A stretch of DNA of 63,516 nucleotides, counting the filler, from Circinaria calcarea (lineage: Eukaryota), in the NCBI GenBank assembly GCA_051942165.1. It is 13 parts of 13 records of this genome, joined end to end, with 100 filler letters (N's around TTAATTAATTAA, not from the genome) between each part and the next. Parts side by side here need not be neighbours in the genome. Positions count along the whole stretch, not along the records: positions 9,803 to 14,602 come from JAVECS010002174.1; positions 14,703 to 19,502 come from JAVECS010002175.1; positions 19,603 to 24,402 come from JAVECS010002176.1; 10 more parts are not named here. One strand, given 5' to 3'. A program made the position numbers and the translations under genes. Below are positions 11,163 through 24,502 of the stretch, piece after piece (the stretch's first letter is position 1; the number at the start of each line of letters is the position of its first letter). The notes under the pieces are model-generated. The model had not been told where the DNA came from. It saw nothing but the letters and a program-made list of their open reading frames with translations, and did not search any database.

Positions 11163-13581
11163 ATGCCGCCTTTCGCCAGTCAATTTTCATTATCGTTCGA
11201 AGTCACGAAGCTCCTCCCTTTAAAACATCTGGCTTCTAAAGCAGCAGAAATGGTGGTGAGCCAGGCTAGAGACTTGCAGGTACTATCCCGGTGCATTTAT
11301 ATTGTTATTTAGAATTGTTCCGAACATCGAGGGTCTCTGTTGTCTACTTTCGTCTGTTCACCAATGGCAATGCTAATAGGTATTCGAGTATGATTAGAAT
11401 TCGGGATCAGATATAGTTGTTGAGGAAGACCTTACGGAACTCTTCGGTCGAAGTCAAATTGATCCACAAATAGCTTCGTCATTTAGGACCGTGGTGACGA
11501 AGAGTTCAGACTTCTCGACCAAGTTATGTGAAGGGATACACCTCCAAATCGGACCAGGACCAACGGTCACAAGGGCATTTGTCAAGGATCAAAGCCCTTA
11601 TTTCGCAATGGTCCTCCAAATTTCCCTCCTCACCGCTATGCTTCAGAAAGAGGCGCTCTCTTCTGCCATCATGCAGATATTCGAAAAGCAAGCCCAGGGA
11701 GCACCCGCAGATAAACTGCCTAGAGCAGCACCGAGCGAGGAAGGCATCTTCGGGGTCCTTAGGGCTTGTGAGGAACAGTCATCTTCATATGAATGGTCAC
11801 ATCATCTGCTTGGAGTAGCGCATATGCTCGGTCTTACCGAAAAGAATATACATGAGGCACTGCCAGCTGTAATCCTCCGGGGGCTTATAAACATGCTACC
11901 TTTAGTCCAGCACTTTCCTGAAGATCATCTGATTGAGATAGAGAGCGCCAAAGGGGTGTGCCTACTGGTCGTCTGGATATATCAGGTGCTTGGACTAAGC
12001 ACTTCCGTCAGAATTTACAGGAAGGAAGATTGTATCGAGACATTGTTTGGTGTATCACCTGCACGGGTGATTATCGATACTCGCTCAATGGATATGGAAG
12101 CTCCATCAGTCACTTTATTGGCGACTTCAGCAGATGGGGATCGGGAAATACTTTTCAAACTTGAGCCAGATCCAGATGAATCCGAGATTGATGCAACATA
12201 TCGACTCCCAGCCAAAGGCTATGGCAAAGCAATCCTTGAATCGATTTGGGGTCACAGTGATGGCCGTGAAGGTGTTGTACAAGAGATGACTCTGCTCATA
12301 TGCGGCTTTGCGGTCGCTTTTTCAAAGTCCTTATGTATGGTACCGGAGGAGGCTGACAACGCTGTCGAGACAGATTCAAATGATAGTTATGGAGAGGGAC
12401 TTAAGAAAGCAGGTATTAAAGATCACCGAGAGGTTACTTCCCAATGCCTTGTCAACGAAGATCGTTTATTTGATGCGACCCAGTTTTTATTCAATCCACG
12501 TGAATTGAAAAAAAAGCCTCTTGGTCAATATGCTGAGTTATTCTACTCACAGTCTCTAGGTTATATAGTGGAGTCCCGTCCTCGTATTAAAGCCATTGTG
12601 GATAGCCAAGACGAAAACGAGCAAAGAATTATGAATGTCAAGTGGAAGGAACCAGTTTCCGCTGGTAGAGCTCTCATCATCCTCCTTTTTACATTCGCTC
12701 ATGTACGGGACCTTAAATCTTGCGAAGAGCTACCCCTCTTTCATGAGTATAGAGCGCTCTTGTCTCACGATCTAGCTCAGAGAATTTCGAACTGGGATTC
12801 GAGGAGCGATATCATGATCGGCGAGTTGACTTGGTTTCATGCTATTGCACTTCTCACGGCGAAAGAGGATGGTTATGAAAATACTCGACAAGAAACATTA
12901 AGTTTAATAAGCGATCAGGGGTGGAGCATGTTTCTCAGTACTTTTGGCGATAGAGATCCCAACAACACCGATGCGGGTTTCATCGTCATAAAAAAGGGGG
13001 TCCCCTGCAGGAATGGTGTCTGGAAACACGCGGTGGTTGATGGGGCCCCAAGTACGCATTTTAGAAAAACATCTTGGCTCCTCGACAAGAAGTTTGGAGA
13101 GGAGGCTACTCTTCACTGCGCAACAGGGGACAAATTCGGCCCTCCTTTATGTGGAGAACGTCGCGATAGCTTCGTCGTTAACCTTAGGCTCAATACGCAG
13201 GATGAGGGATCTCAGCAAACACGACGGACAGGCTATGCGGAACTCTTCTCCGCACTATGGACGGTGCAAAAGACGGATGATTGTGCACACCCACAAATGA
13301 AAGATGAGAGGTTGACACTGGCACCAGGTTGTGCTACCTTTTCCCGGTGCGGAGATGAAGGATCATTGCATCTGGGTGAACGGGTGGCTATTTGTCTCAC
13401 AGCGCATAATAAGGCTGCACGTTGGAAGGCTTTAATTGCGATTGCAAAGGGCAGAAATTGGACAAAAAAATATGAGGACGTGCGGTTTCAGCAAGTGCTG
13501 CTTAGAGGCGAACGTTGTTGTTTTCGTTGCGCCATCAACCAAACTGCGCCTTTTGTAGAAAAATGTATTGTGGTGCTTTAG
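11163..13581 (+). CDS. Uncharacterised fungal protein of about 766 aa with C-terminal CCxxC motif; intron 11280-11397
   Basis: Exon 1 (MPPFASQFSLSFEVTKLLPL...ARDLQ) splices by GT-AG in frame to NSGSDIVVEEDL and the 696-codon ORF, which ends LLRGERCCFRCAI...CIVVL. Confidence 0.85.
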
Positions 13582-14702
13582 AATGGGAAAGCCGTACTCT
13601 TATACATGTCCATTTCTGATTTCATGATTGGCAGGTCAGAGAGCAGTTATTTCGAATAAATACGCATTGGGCAGCAAGTGAGAAGCGAGAGGAAATCTCA
13701 GTTTCCTTTTACTTCTTGATTGAATTGCTCCGTGTTCAGACACTAATGAGGACAGTCCTTATTGTAGCTCATCTGTTGCTATGTTCGAGGCCCCTTCTTG
13801 ATCTCGGAAGTATATATACCCGTTCAAAACCCTAGTTTCCTGCGTAATGTTATTGAGGATAAGGTCGGGTCCGCCTCACCGCCCCATCTTGACCATAGTC
13901 TCCTAACCACCATTCGCTTCCAATTCGAACGTCGTCTCCATCCAGAGGCGGGCTAGGGCCGGATCTTAGAGAGCCGTATCTTCAATTCACTAAGCAGTAT
14001 GTAGTTAGGGCGTTTATCCTGCGTAGAATGAAGTAAGAAGAGAAGGAAGACCAGAAGGCGTTCCTCACCTCAATGTTTCGTGCTTGGTGGCTGGGTGGGA
14101 GGCGGGAGATGTAGATCGTGGAGGTCGGATAGCTACTAAGCTATATAGATCCATACTTGCTCCTGTGAATATTGTTTGTTTGTTAGGTTGGGGAAGGCGA
14201 TGGGGCTGTACATTTGGGGACTTTTACTTTACTACCTTCTCCACGTCCCATCGCTTTTCCCCTCCCCCTCTCACTTTTCTCCTCCCCCGAAAATTTCAAT
14301 TTCGAGAATCGGTCAGCGCACACTGTATACGGAAATAAAACACGCAAACAGAACAGGGCAAAACAGGCAAGAAATAAAAACTTCCTCTTTTAGCTGTTCT
14401 GAAACCCCCTTCTTCTTTCTAGACATTTTCTTTAGGGCGAGGTAAGGGGGGGGGAGTTTAAAAATGTTTACGCGTGTTGCAACTGGGAGGGTGTACATTT
14501 ACACAAAAAATAAGCATCACGAAAGCCCCCCCGTGCACAAAGAAAAAAGATCCTTTTCTTTGGGGTGCTATTCTACCTAACCTAACCTAATTTCTCCCCA
14601 AGNNNNNNNNNNNNNNNNNNNNNNNNNNNNNNNNNNNNNNNNNNNNTTAATTAATTAANNNNNNNNNNNNNNNNNNNNNNNNNNNNNNNNNNNNNNNNNN
14701 NN

Positions 14703-14916
14703 CAGACTACGGCTTACCCCTGTCCACATCAACTTCTGATTGAAGGGTGTTTTTGTTTCAGGAGACGCAACCTCGGGAAGAAGGGGAGCGAAGGGCTTGA
14801 TGAGATCGAGGAATCGTACTATATCACACAGGAAGTAAGCAAGATATACCAGAAGCATGATATTGAGAAACGGGCAAGCCGACAAGGATTGACAAGGTAG
14901 ACTTACAGCCGCTCAT
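14703..14916 (-). CDS. SEC61: Protein translocon Sec61 alpha subunit, 5' end (10-nt first exon, truncated)
   Basis: [37 protein letters not shown] with GTAAGT and GTAAGC donors. Confidence 0.95.
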
Positions 14917-15594
14917 CTTGAGAGTGGTGCCGCGCCGCGGACTTCAAAATTTATTATTTGAAGGAGGGAATTGAAATTCAAGTATCGAAGCTCATGCCCC
15001 GCTTTTCTCCAGAGTGTCCCGTATGCGATTCTCGTGGGGATCGTGGAGTGAGGTGAGGTGGGAGAAATAAAATAAGATGTGTAGAACCTCAAATTTCTCG
15101 CGAAAGGACACATGTCTAGGCACGCTAGTCTCCTTGGCATAGTCAGCCCTGTCGAATCAAACATCTTTAATTCATCGATGATTTCTTTATTTTCATAAAG
15201 AGATAATCAACATAGAAATGTCATTGAGTGGAGCCGGGCACAGAATGCCTTGCTTCACAGTCAATTGAATTTGATAGTGAAACAGGCTATGGGACATCTT
15301 GATTTGATCTACATGTCGCGATCTAAGTTTATTATTCCAATCCAATCTCTTTGTGCCATCATGAACCTGGTGAGACTGTGATTTGTTAAGACGAATTGGC
15401 TTGTTCGTTTTATGTGGTCCCAGATATTGCGAGTACTTATCTTCTAGCAAATATCTTAGCGAAGCCCTTGTTTAAGTCAGGACGTAGTAGGAGAATTGCC
15501 TAGGGTCAAACTGCCTTGTTTCTAACCAGAACGACCACCTGGTAACAAACACACCATAGCTCTGCTGATGTTCATTCAGGAACGCTTCTGCTCT

Positions 15595-15636
15595 GCTAAT
15601 GCTAGTGCTAATGTTAATGCTAATGCTAATGCTAAT
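15595..15636. repeat. Imperfect (GCTAAT)n microsatellite, about 7 units
   Basis: Directly visible tandem repeat. Confidence 0.85.
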
Positions 15637-17647
15637 TCTCAGTCGCTACTTGTGGCAGCGTGGCTTTAGCTGCGGCTCGACAATGGCATCAAGCAAGATA
15701 ACGGAACCTGTCATTACTCCTATCATCCTACAACACCCGCCACTCTATAGAAAGATAACAGAGACAGAAAGAATCTCTGCGTACATACCCCATCGCCTTG
15801 CATCCGACAGCTGCTTGCGCCTGAACATTTTCGATCTCTCCAACGTCCTTGCTTGGATCATGCTGCTTCAGCAAATGAAAGGAAAGCAAGGGGAAACTAA
15901 TTTCATTCAATAGAGTTTGGTCTTCCGATTTCTGGTATCCTTGAATCAGACTAGCCCTATCGCTTTCGAGTTTACACAAAGCCCCAGTCTGTCTGCTATT
16001 TTTCCTTAAAGTTCCTTCCCCCTTATGAACTGCTCATGCTATCTCGTCCGCTTTCTCACTCACCTTTTACAATTATCTATCAATCGACCTGTATATCACC
16101 CCTACCTTTTTTTACTTCTTCAGCCAAATCGGCTTAAACCTACACCAACTCTCTTAAAACGAAGTATCTCCCAAACCAAAAATTCGGGCGCTTACGCCTG
16201 CTTAGCTTCTGCCGTCTTTGTCTTTCGAAAGCCCCAAGAAACCATTTCCAGAAATTAGAATCGACACATCGATGATTACTCTAAGCATGGAGGCCTGTTT
16301 TTCTGCAAATCTCCTTCACTCTGATCTGTAGAATTTACTACCATTCTCGGAAGCAGCGAAAACGCAAAAACAGGTAATAAATGGTATTCGCTGGTGGTCA
16401 CCCACTGTGTAGCGTATATTTTGGCACGCTACTATATGGCTTATTTATGCCTTCCATCTGTAGCTTAGAATCTCACCTATTCATGACAGCACGAATCCTT
16501 CTTTCACCACCCGACTGCTGATAATCGATCTCACGCTTATGCGGTAAAGCGGACGGGATGCCTAGTTCCCTTAAACTCGATTCAAATTGTGCCAATGAGC
16601 TGTAGGAATCCGACCACACCGGCCAATTCTAGTCATATTCCCGGCCTGGCGCCTTTCGGCGCAATACGCGCTCTCACTAATCACATGATGGCTTATAGAG
16701 AAATGATTTCTCAGCCGTTCCGCCAAGTCGGACAACGCCTATGCTGCCCGGAGGTGGCAGGCTTAAAAGTTTAACCCCTTGCATTGCTGTATGCTGCGGA
16801 CGAGGTGATGAACACGTGGTTGAAGCATCGAGCCGAATGGAATGGGTACATTCGCCGCTGCAGAGCTTAGCGTGTTACAGCCGAGATGCTAGCTACCCCG
16901 CAGACCTTACCCTGCCTGAGCAACGTCAAGTCGAACCGAATACACGGTAAGGAAAGGGGTTATCCACAATTTTTAAGGCCGCTGCCTTTATATCTTGTGA
17001 TCTAGAAGATGCCCAAAAAGTAAGTAGGGATTTTGCATGTAAGATTTTGAAACCGTTCTCAGCTAAATCCTTCGTAGACGTGATTGATTTGTTGAAACTC
17101 GTAGCTCTTTGCTTTTTTCTACGCGTGCTCTTTCCGCTTTAGCTGTGAGCCGTGCTGACCCATCTGGCTAGATATGTTTGCCAGGAATATTAGTATTGTC
17201 GGGCAGTCAACTGAATGGGGCAGTCAGGAGGAGCGCCAAGCCAAGCCAAGCCAAGTCGGAGCCGCCTCCGGAAACGACATGTGCGAAGGCTGTGTGTATC
17301 ATCAAGCTTGTCGCCATGCTTTATTGCACCTTACCCTGCCATTGATACCATGTGCCCAAATGAATCGTTATCACCGTTGGATTAAATGGAGTCTAAGGGA
17401 ACAGGGGCAGAAGGACCTGACAACGAAGTGTGGGCGGCTAACAATGTTGTGAGATAAGCCGACCGGTGGTTTCTTCGACAAGTCATTCAATCGAGGGTAC
17501 GGGGTATGTATAAGATGCAGCAGCTGCTCTTCCTGGAGAAGAAGATACCGCTGCAATAGAGGATTATTACAAGACTTTACCTTCGAGAAGCCGGTCCATA
17601 GCAGGGCTATCGATTTGACGTGCACGGGTCAAGCCTCATCCTCAAAG

Positions 17648-18482
17648 ATGAAGAACTCTTACCTACTCTTCCTGGCTCTGGCTACTTTGGCTACTGCAGC
17701 TCCGATACCGGATGCTCTAGCTGCTCCAGAAGCTATGCCAATGCCAATGCCAGCTCCGGTAGGCCTCCCTTGCAGTTTCCAAGAAAAATCACAAACCAGC
17801 CAAAAGTCCACCGCTAACACAAGACCTCCTATCAGCCTAACATTCCATCTTCCTCCACTGCCCAAAGCCTTCTTGCTGGACTTAGGGTCGCCCCTCAGGG
17901 TTCTTCCACCGGATATTCCCGTGATTTATTTCCCCAATGGTCTACCCAGTATGGAGCGTGTAATACGCGTGAAGTCGTCCTTAAGCGGGATGGTACTGGT
18001 GTAGTGCAAAGCTCTATTACATGTGAGGCCACTTCTGGATCTTGGAGGAGCCCTTTTGATGGCGCAACTTGGACGCTTGCGAGTGATGTCGATATCGATC
18101 ATATGGTTCCGTTGAGCAATGCGTGGAAGGTACGTCCTGTGTGCTTCAACGTCACTTGGTACTCGGGCCTGCCCCGCGGTCCCAAGCGTGCCATGCAGTA
18201 TTTACTCGACTGACGTCTCCGTTCCTGTAGTCCGGTGCTGCCGCCTGGACAACCTCTCGTCGTCAAACCTTCGCCAACGACCTATCAAATCCCCAGCTTT
18301 GGGCCGTGACCGACAATGTCAATCAAGCCAAAGGCGACTCCGGTCCTGAAACTTGGAAGCCCCCGCTCACCAGCTTCTATTGTACTTACGCTGCGTCCTG
18401 GGTAAAGGTCAAGAGCGTGTACAGCCTCTCGGTCACTTCCGCCGAGAGGAGCGCCCTTTCCAGTATGCTTAACACATGCTAA
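17648..18482 (+). CDS. Secreted DUF1524/HNH-type (His-Me finger) extracellular nuclease, 2 introns (~17759-17835, ~18130-18230)
   Basis: Signal peptide MKNSYLLFLALATLATAAP, followed by GYSRDLFPQW, CNTREVVLKRDG, DIDHMVPLSNAWK|SGA, FANDLSNPQLWAVTDNVNQAKGD and YCTYAASWVKVK. Confidence 0.9.
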
Positions 18483-19602
18483 CTCCGTCCGGCTGGAGAT
18501 CGGGTTTCGGAAAGTAAGAGTCCTACGCTGGTCAGGACTCGACCGGAGATGGAACTCACACAAATAGTTGGGTTAGCATGCTTAGAGTCACGTCTATAGG
18601 CCAGTAGCTGTATTTTGTCTTGGTCATTGGCGCCGACGCAAAAGCTCAGGCTTAGTGTTGAGCACTGTTTCATCGATCGTTAAGTATATACACATTTCTC
18701 AGTACAAAACTTTGGTGAATGCGTACTGTCCTGAAGTGTCTCGCATTGATACCCGGTTGAAGGCCGTCAATACTCAGCAACTCTAAGTCCCTGCATCAAT
18801 TCTAGAGACTCTCAAGCCGGATAAGTGGTATTACAAATCCCATCCTTGCAGCAGCGAAGGCAGGACCACGTGATCCACAAACCTTTGGACTATAACATGA
18901 ATGCTTTTTGCTGACTTCGATTCAGGCAGCGACGGTTTGTTGAGCAAGCAGTAATGTGTGGTTGCATTGCTACCTGAGTATATAATTAACTAAGCTATGT
19001 ACGCAGCGAAAAAGTGCTTTTTATGAGGAGTGGAGAGTGTTGAGCATGGACCTCCTATGCAACACATGCATTGGTAAGCCCTATGGCTCGCCAAGTCCTA
19101 TGACTTCCAACATGGTTTTCCATAGAAATTTTAATCATCTGTTTGTACGCCACACCCTTTGCACTACTCTATTTCTACCTCACTGAAACTGTGTTTCTTT
19201 GTTTTATTGCTTTGAACCCGCCTTCATCGTTTACGGGTTCGGAAATTATGGTTCCAAATCTCCTAAGACAAAGAAATATGATACATATATCAAAGAAGCA
19301 AGCACATATGCTTTACTACATATCTAAGACTATACAGCTGTTTCTGGAACATCGAACATGCCTGTGATTACCAGATCCAAGAGCCAGGAGCCATCTGGGC
19401 TCCCGTCCACCTCAGAAAGTACGGAACCACATCCTTTAAGCGCTCCATCTAACGAAACAGTTCAAAAATCCTCTGATACCACCACACCGAGAAATCCCAC
19501 ACNNNNNNNNNNNNNNNNNNNNNNNNNNNNNNNNNNNNNNNNNNNNTTAATTAATTAANNNNNNNNNNNNNNNNNNNNNNNNNNNNNNNNNNNNNNNNNN
19601 NN

Positions 19603-21015
19603 GGAGATGCCTTGACCAGCCATCCGACATCGTTGCATGCAATAGCTAGTACTTGCTTGTCGTTTTCCCAGCTCTTGCCGAGGATCTCTGCGAGCTTCTT
19701 GGGGAGCTCGGACCTGTTCTCCGTTATGATCTTGGAGGCATTCTCGCGCCAGAAATTGGCATCACGATGGGGTGGAGACCAATGGAGGTGGCCGGCGAGG
19801 ACTTCGGAGGCGTACTCGTCGTAGGTGGTTTGGCTGCTTGTGTACTCGTTCAGCATGTCCGTTAGAGTCGATAGGTCGTCGAGGAGATCTTGATCGCTTA
19901 AATGACGTGCTTTCAGGTTAGTGAGTAAGGTGGGAAGGCGCACCATTACGGCGACTGGGAGGAGTGCGGAGCGGTTGGAAGATGGGGTGAAGATGTTGAG
20001 GAGTGTGGAGAGGAGAAGACGGGTTGTCTTTTCCTTTGGTGATAAGCGAAGTAGCTGTGTGTATAGAGGGACAATCTCTTCTTCTCTGAAGCTCTGATTA
20101 GTATCTTGGATGCGTGGTATAAACGTGAGGTCTCACTCCTGGAGCCCTTTGCCAATCAAGGCGCCTTCGAAACTCAATTGCCAGATCACAAGGAGAATGT
20201 GGTATAGCAACTGTAGGCCGATAGCTCCACCAATTCCCGCCTCTGTAGCGCTTCGGATACTCATGGCACCGGACCATAATGTTGATTCGGTGTCTTTGCC
20301 CGCACCAGCAGCGGTGCGGAGGATTTCTAATAACGGAGCAACAGTGTCTTTCCGCTGTTTCCAGAACAACTCCCTTGACTTCTTGGTCCGAAGAACTGCA
20401 GAGTATTCTTGTACCGCTAGATCTTGCAGGCCACTATCTTGGCTCTTGGTGAGCCCTGACAAATATTTGTATAGCTTGGGGAGGGCTTCTTCCGTTTTTG
20501 GCGTGGACTTGGGGAATTTCGTTTGAGCGCTGGATATTAGGGTGGCAAGTACAGAGGAGGTCAGAAGAGGTATGGGGTCGTCTAGATTAGTCGAGTGGGT
20601 GAGTAAAGGAAGGAAAGGCTTGTAGGGATCTTGATGGTCGAGGAGGGTAGACGCAAGATCCGGGACATCTAGACCCAGTCTGATTAGTCCTAGTAGAAAG
20701 GATGGATTGAAACCATTTACCATTGAGTAGGTCGCCCGTTAAGACTAGGATGTACTGGATCACATCTGCCCTCTTTGAAGCAGACTCCAGTACGCTTCTT
20801 TCACTATCTCCACCCAGCAATAGCGATTTGTAGGCTTCAAAGTCTGCTTCTACGGTCTGCCGCCTTTGTTCTTTCCGGACCTTATCCACAGCCTTAATCT
20901 TCTTCAAGTCCTGGTCTGTTATCGTCCCAGTCCGAACAGCACCTTCCCAGGGAATTGGCCGAGCTCGTATGTTGTTTTGGACGGAGCTGAGGTACGTTGG
21001 AGGATCTAGAGACAT
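19603..21015 (-). CDS. VMA13: V-type ATPase V1 subunit H, intron-containing, 3'-truncated
   Basis: MSLDPPTYLSSVQNNIRARPIPWEGAVR, GLQLLYHILLVIWQLSF, LHWSPPHRDANFWREN, VLAIACNDVG. Confidence 0.95.
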
Positions 21016-21325
21016 GGCTGGAGGCTTAAGATTGACTGCAGGAAAAGTACGCAAAGGGGTGGGGAAGGGGTAGCGCTTGATAGATAGGCGTAGGTAGTTG
21101 CTGCGAATTTCAAGTTCAGCCGCCTGCGTCAATGATCTCGCTTCTCCGAGCATCAAAGACGATAGCCGAGTATTTTCAACCCATCTACTAGCCTTTGAAA
21201 TATTTCATGCACATGAAGTAGCAAAGTATATGACAAGTGCCTGGATACTGACCTTGGTTGGATGAAGCTTATGCTGCTCAACTTGGCCAAATCACTACTA
21301 TTGGGCTTCAAGGAAATCCTCTAGG

Positions 21326-24300
21326 ATGACGAGCTTGAAAAGGTCTGCCGTTGCGGACCCTCACGGAGTGAACATCTCAAGTAAAGTCTATGTACGGTCT
21401 ACAAAGAATGGGAGAGTTCAGAAGATTGTGAGGGAGCTCTACCTCAGACAGGATATACCATGCTCTTCCAGACTATGCACTGCCTGTTTATCAAACGCTC
21501 CGGCAGATGCCAATGGCAACGGTAGCTTTGCCTTCTTCTAGTCATCAAACACCATGAGCTGATACATGTGAAGTTTCTCCTTTCGTTCTTTCTGAGCGTC
21601 CGTCCGGTGTGAAAGCTTTCCCTAATGGCCATTATCTTGTGCCAGATACGAACGCTTTTCTACTCGCTATGGATCTTTTTGAACAAACATCTGCATTCTA
21701 CGATGTTATCGTTCTGCAAACGGTTTTGGAGGAACTGAGAAATCGTTCTTTGCCACTTTACAATCGACTGATAGGGCTTACCAGGAGCGAACACAAGCGC
21801 TTCTACGCGTTCTTCAACGAATTTAGGCTTGAGACATATGTAGTTAGGGATCAGGGCGAGACTATTAATGATAGAAATGACAGGGCTGTTAGACGGGCCG
21901 TGAAGTGGTACGGCGAGCATCTACAGCAAGCTGTGAAGACTGGAGGGAGACACAAACATTGCCCTACGATATTAATGTTGAGCGATGATAAGGAAAATCT
22001 TCGGAAGGCCAAGGCTGGAAATATCGCTGCATGCTCACTATCCAATTACGTTTCCCAGCTCGAAGATGCCGATCGTTTGCTTGACATGATCGATTCTTCT
22101 CTTACCGGGCAAAATGCCAGGAGTGGAAAAGTGGAGCTACTATATCCGGAATATTTCTCTATATCAAAGATGAACACGGGGATCAAAGCTGGAACTTTGC
22201 ATCAAGGCATTTTCAATGTATCTCCATATAATTATCTGGAAGGTTCAGTTCACGTGCCCGCATTCGACAAGTCATTACTCATTCTCGGCCGTGAGAACAG
22301 CAATCGAGCAGTACAAGGAGATATCGTGGTGGTTGAGGTGCTCCCGAAGCCGCAATGGAAGGCACCATCCACCAAAATCATCGAAGAAGACACACTGAAC
22401 AAGGACGAAAATGCAGAAGTTGAAGATGGGGAAGCCGTAGTAACTGAACAAGAAAGGCGAGTCCTCCAAGAAGAAGTCAAAAGAACTCAAGGAAAGAGCA
22501 TTGAGGGTCGACCACAGCCGACTGCACGAGTGGTGGGGGTAATCAAGAGAAATTGGCGCCAATACGTCGGTCACGTTGACAGTAGCTCTAGCTCTACGGC
22601 CAAACAAGGTCGAAAGCAGCAGACGGTTTTCCTCATACCTATGGATAAGCGTATACCAAAGATTAGGATTCGAACTCGTCAGGCAGACGAGCTTATTGGG
22701 AAGCGAGTGCTCGTTACCATTGATTCTTGGGATCAGGAATCGCGGTATCCCGTAGGTCACTTTGTCAGATCACTCGGTGAGCTTGAGTCAAAAGGAGCAG
22801 AGACAGAAGCTCTCTTATTGGAATATGATGTGCAGTATAGACCATTCCCTAAAGCAGTTCTAGAGTGTCTGCCGCCAGAAGGTCATGACTGGAAAGTACC
22901 GACAAGCACGGATGATCCAGGTTGGCGAGGGCGAAGAGATCTTCGCGATCTACTAGTCTGCAGTATTGATCCTGTGGGTTGTCAGGATATCGACGATGCA
23001 CTTCATGCCCGACCTTTGCCTAATGGAAATATCGAAGTTGGCGTACACATCGCAGACGTATCACATTTCGTTAAGCCAAACAATGCAATGGATGCAGAAG
23101 CTAGTATTAGAGGGACTACAGTCTATCTGGTTGATAAGCGCATTGACATGCTACCTATGCTGTTAGGTACGGACCTCTGCTCACTAAAACCGTACGTTGA
23201 ACGATATGCTTTCTCAACGATATGGGAAATTACGCCCAGCGCTGAAATCGTCAATTCCATGTACACCAAATCTGTCATTCGATCCAGGGAAGCATTCAGC
23301 TATGAGCAAGCTCAGCTACGTATTGATGACAGGTCCCAGAAAGATGAACTGACAGAAGGGATGCGTACATTGTTGATGCTATCAAAGAAGCTACGACAGA
23401 AGCGTATGGATGCCGGCGCATTAAATCTCGCGAGTCCAGAGGTTCGAGTGCAGACGGAATCGGAGACCTCAGATCCGGTGGATGTTAAGACAAAAGAGCT
23501 TCTAGATACAAACTCCTTAGTAGAAGAATTTATGCTGTTAGCAAACACCAGCGTGGCCGGCAAAATCTATGAAGCCTTCCCACAAACAGCTCTTCTTCGA
23601 AGGCACGCTCCGCCTCCCAAGAGTAATTTTGAAGAACTCTCCAATCAGCTAAAGGTCAAGCGCGGTCTAGAACTCAAAACCGAAAGCTCAAAAGCCCTCG
23701 CGGATTCTCTAGATAGATGTATCGACCCCAAAGAGCGCTTTTTCAATACCCTCGTCCGCATCATGGCCACTCGCTGTATGATGTCCGCAGAATACTTCTG
23801 CTCCGGCACTCAAGCATATTCCGAATTTCGCCACTATGGTCTGGCATCAGAGATTTACACGCACTTCACCAGCCCAATCAGACGATATGCGGATCTCGAG
23901 GCGCATCGACAGCTTGCTGCTGCAATTGGATATGAGACCCTAGATGCAAGTCTCCATAGCAAAAGTAAGCTTGAAGGTGTTTGCAAAAATATCAACGTGC
24001 GCCATCGAAACGCTCAGATGGCCGGTAGAGCAAGCATCGAGTATTACGTCGGCCAAGCGCTCAAAGGTCGAATCATCGAAGAAGAAGGCTTCGTAATGAA
24101 AGTCTTCTCTAACGGATTCGTCGTTTTCGTGCCTAGATTCGGTATCGAAGGTCTGATTCGACTGAGGGATTTGGCAACTCCAGAGCCTGTGGGGATTTTT
24201 GATGCGGATGAGTATGTACTTAGGACAGAGGGAAGTAAGGAGTTGACAGTTGAACTTTTTCAGAAAGTGGTGGTGAGAATTAGTGATGTGAAGGAAGAAT

Positions 24301-24338
24301 CGACAGGAAAGAGGAAAATCAAGCTTCAATTGGTTTGA
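21326..24338 (+). CDS. DIS3: Exosome catalytic subunit Dis3/Rrp44 (PIN + RNB), intron 21522-21573
   Basis: KIVRELYLRQDIPCSS, PIN motifs PDTN and INDRNDRAVR, RNB motifs SIDPVGCQDIDDALH and YTHFTSPIRRYAD. Confidence 0.98.
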
Positions 24339-24502
24339 GTAGATGCAGTGAGCCTTCTTGCTGGAGTTACTCATCAGATGTTACTGTTTTTCCTGTTACT
24401 GANNNNNNNNNNNNNNNNNNNNNNNNNNNNNNNNNNNNNNNNNNNNTTAATTAATTAANNNNNNNNNNNNNNNNNNNNNNNNNNNNNNNNNNNNNNNNNN
24501 NN

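Noticed and set aside
14576..14590. (CCTAA)3 near a contig end as a telomere
   Set aside because: Only three units, not terminal, and not the CCCTAA repeat typical of these fungi.
19358..19502. Possible gene start MPVITRSKSQEP at a contig end
   Set aside because: Too short and truncated to support a call.
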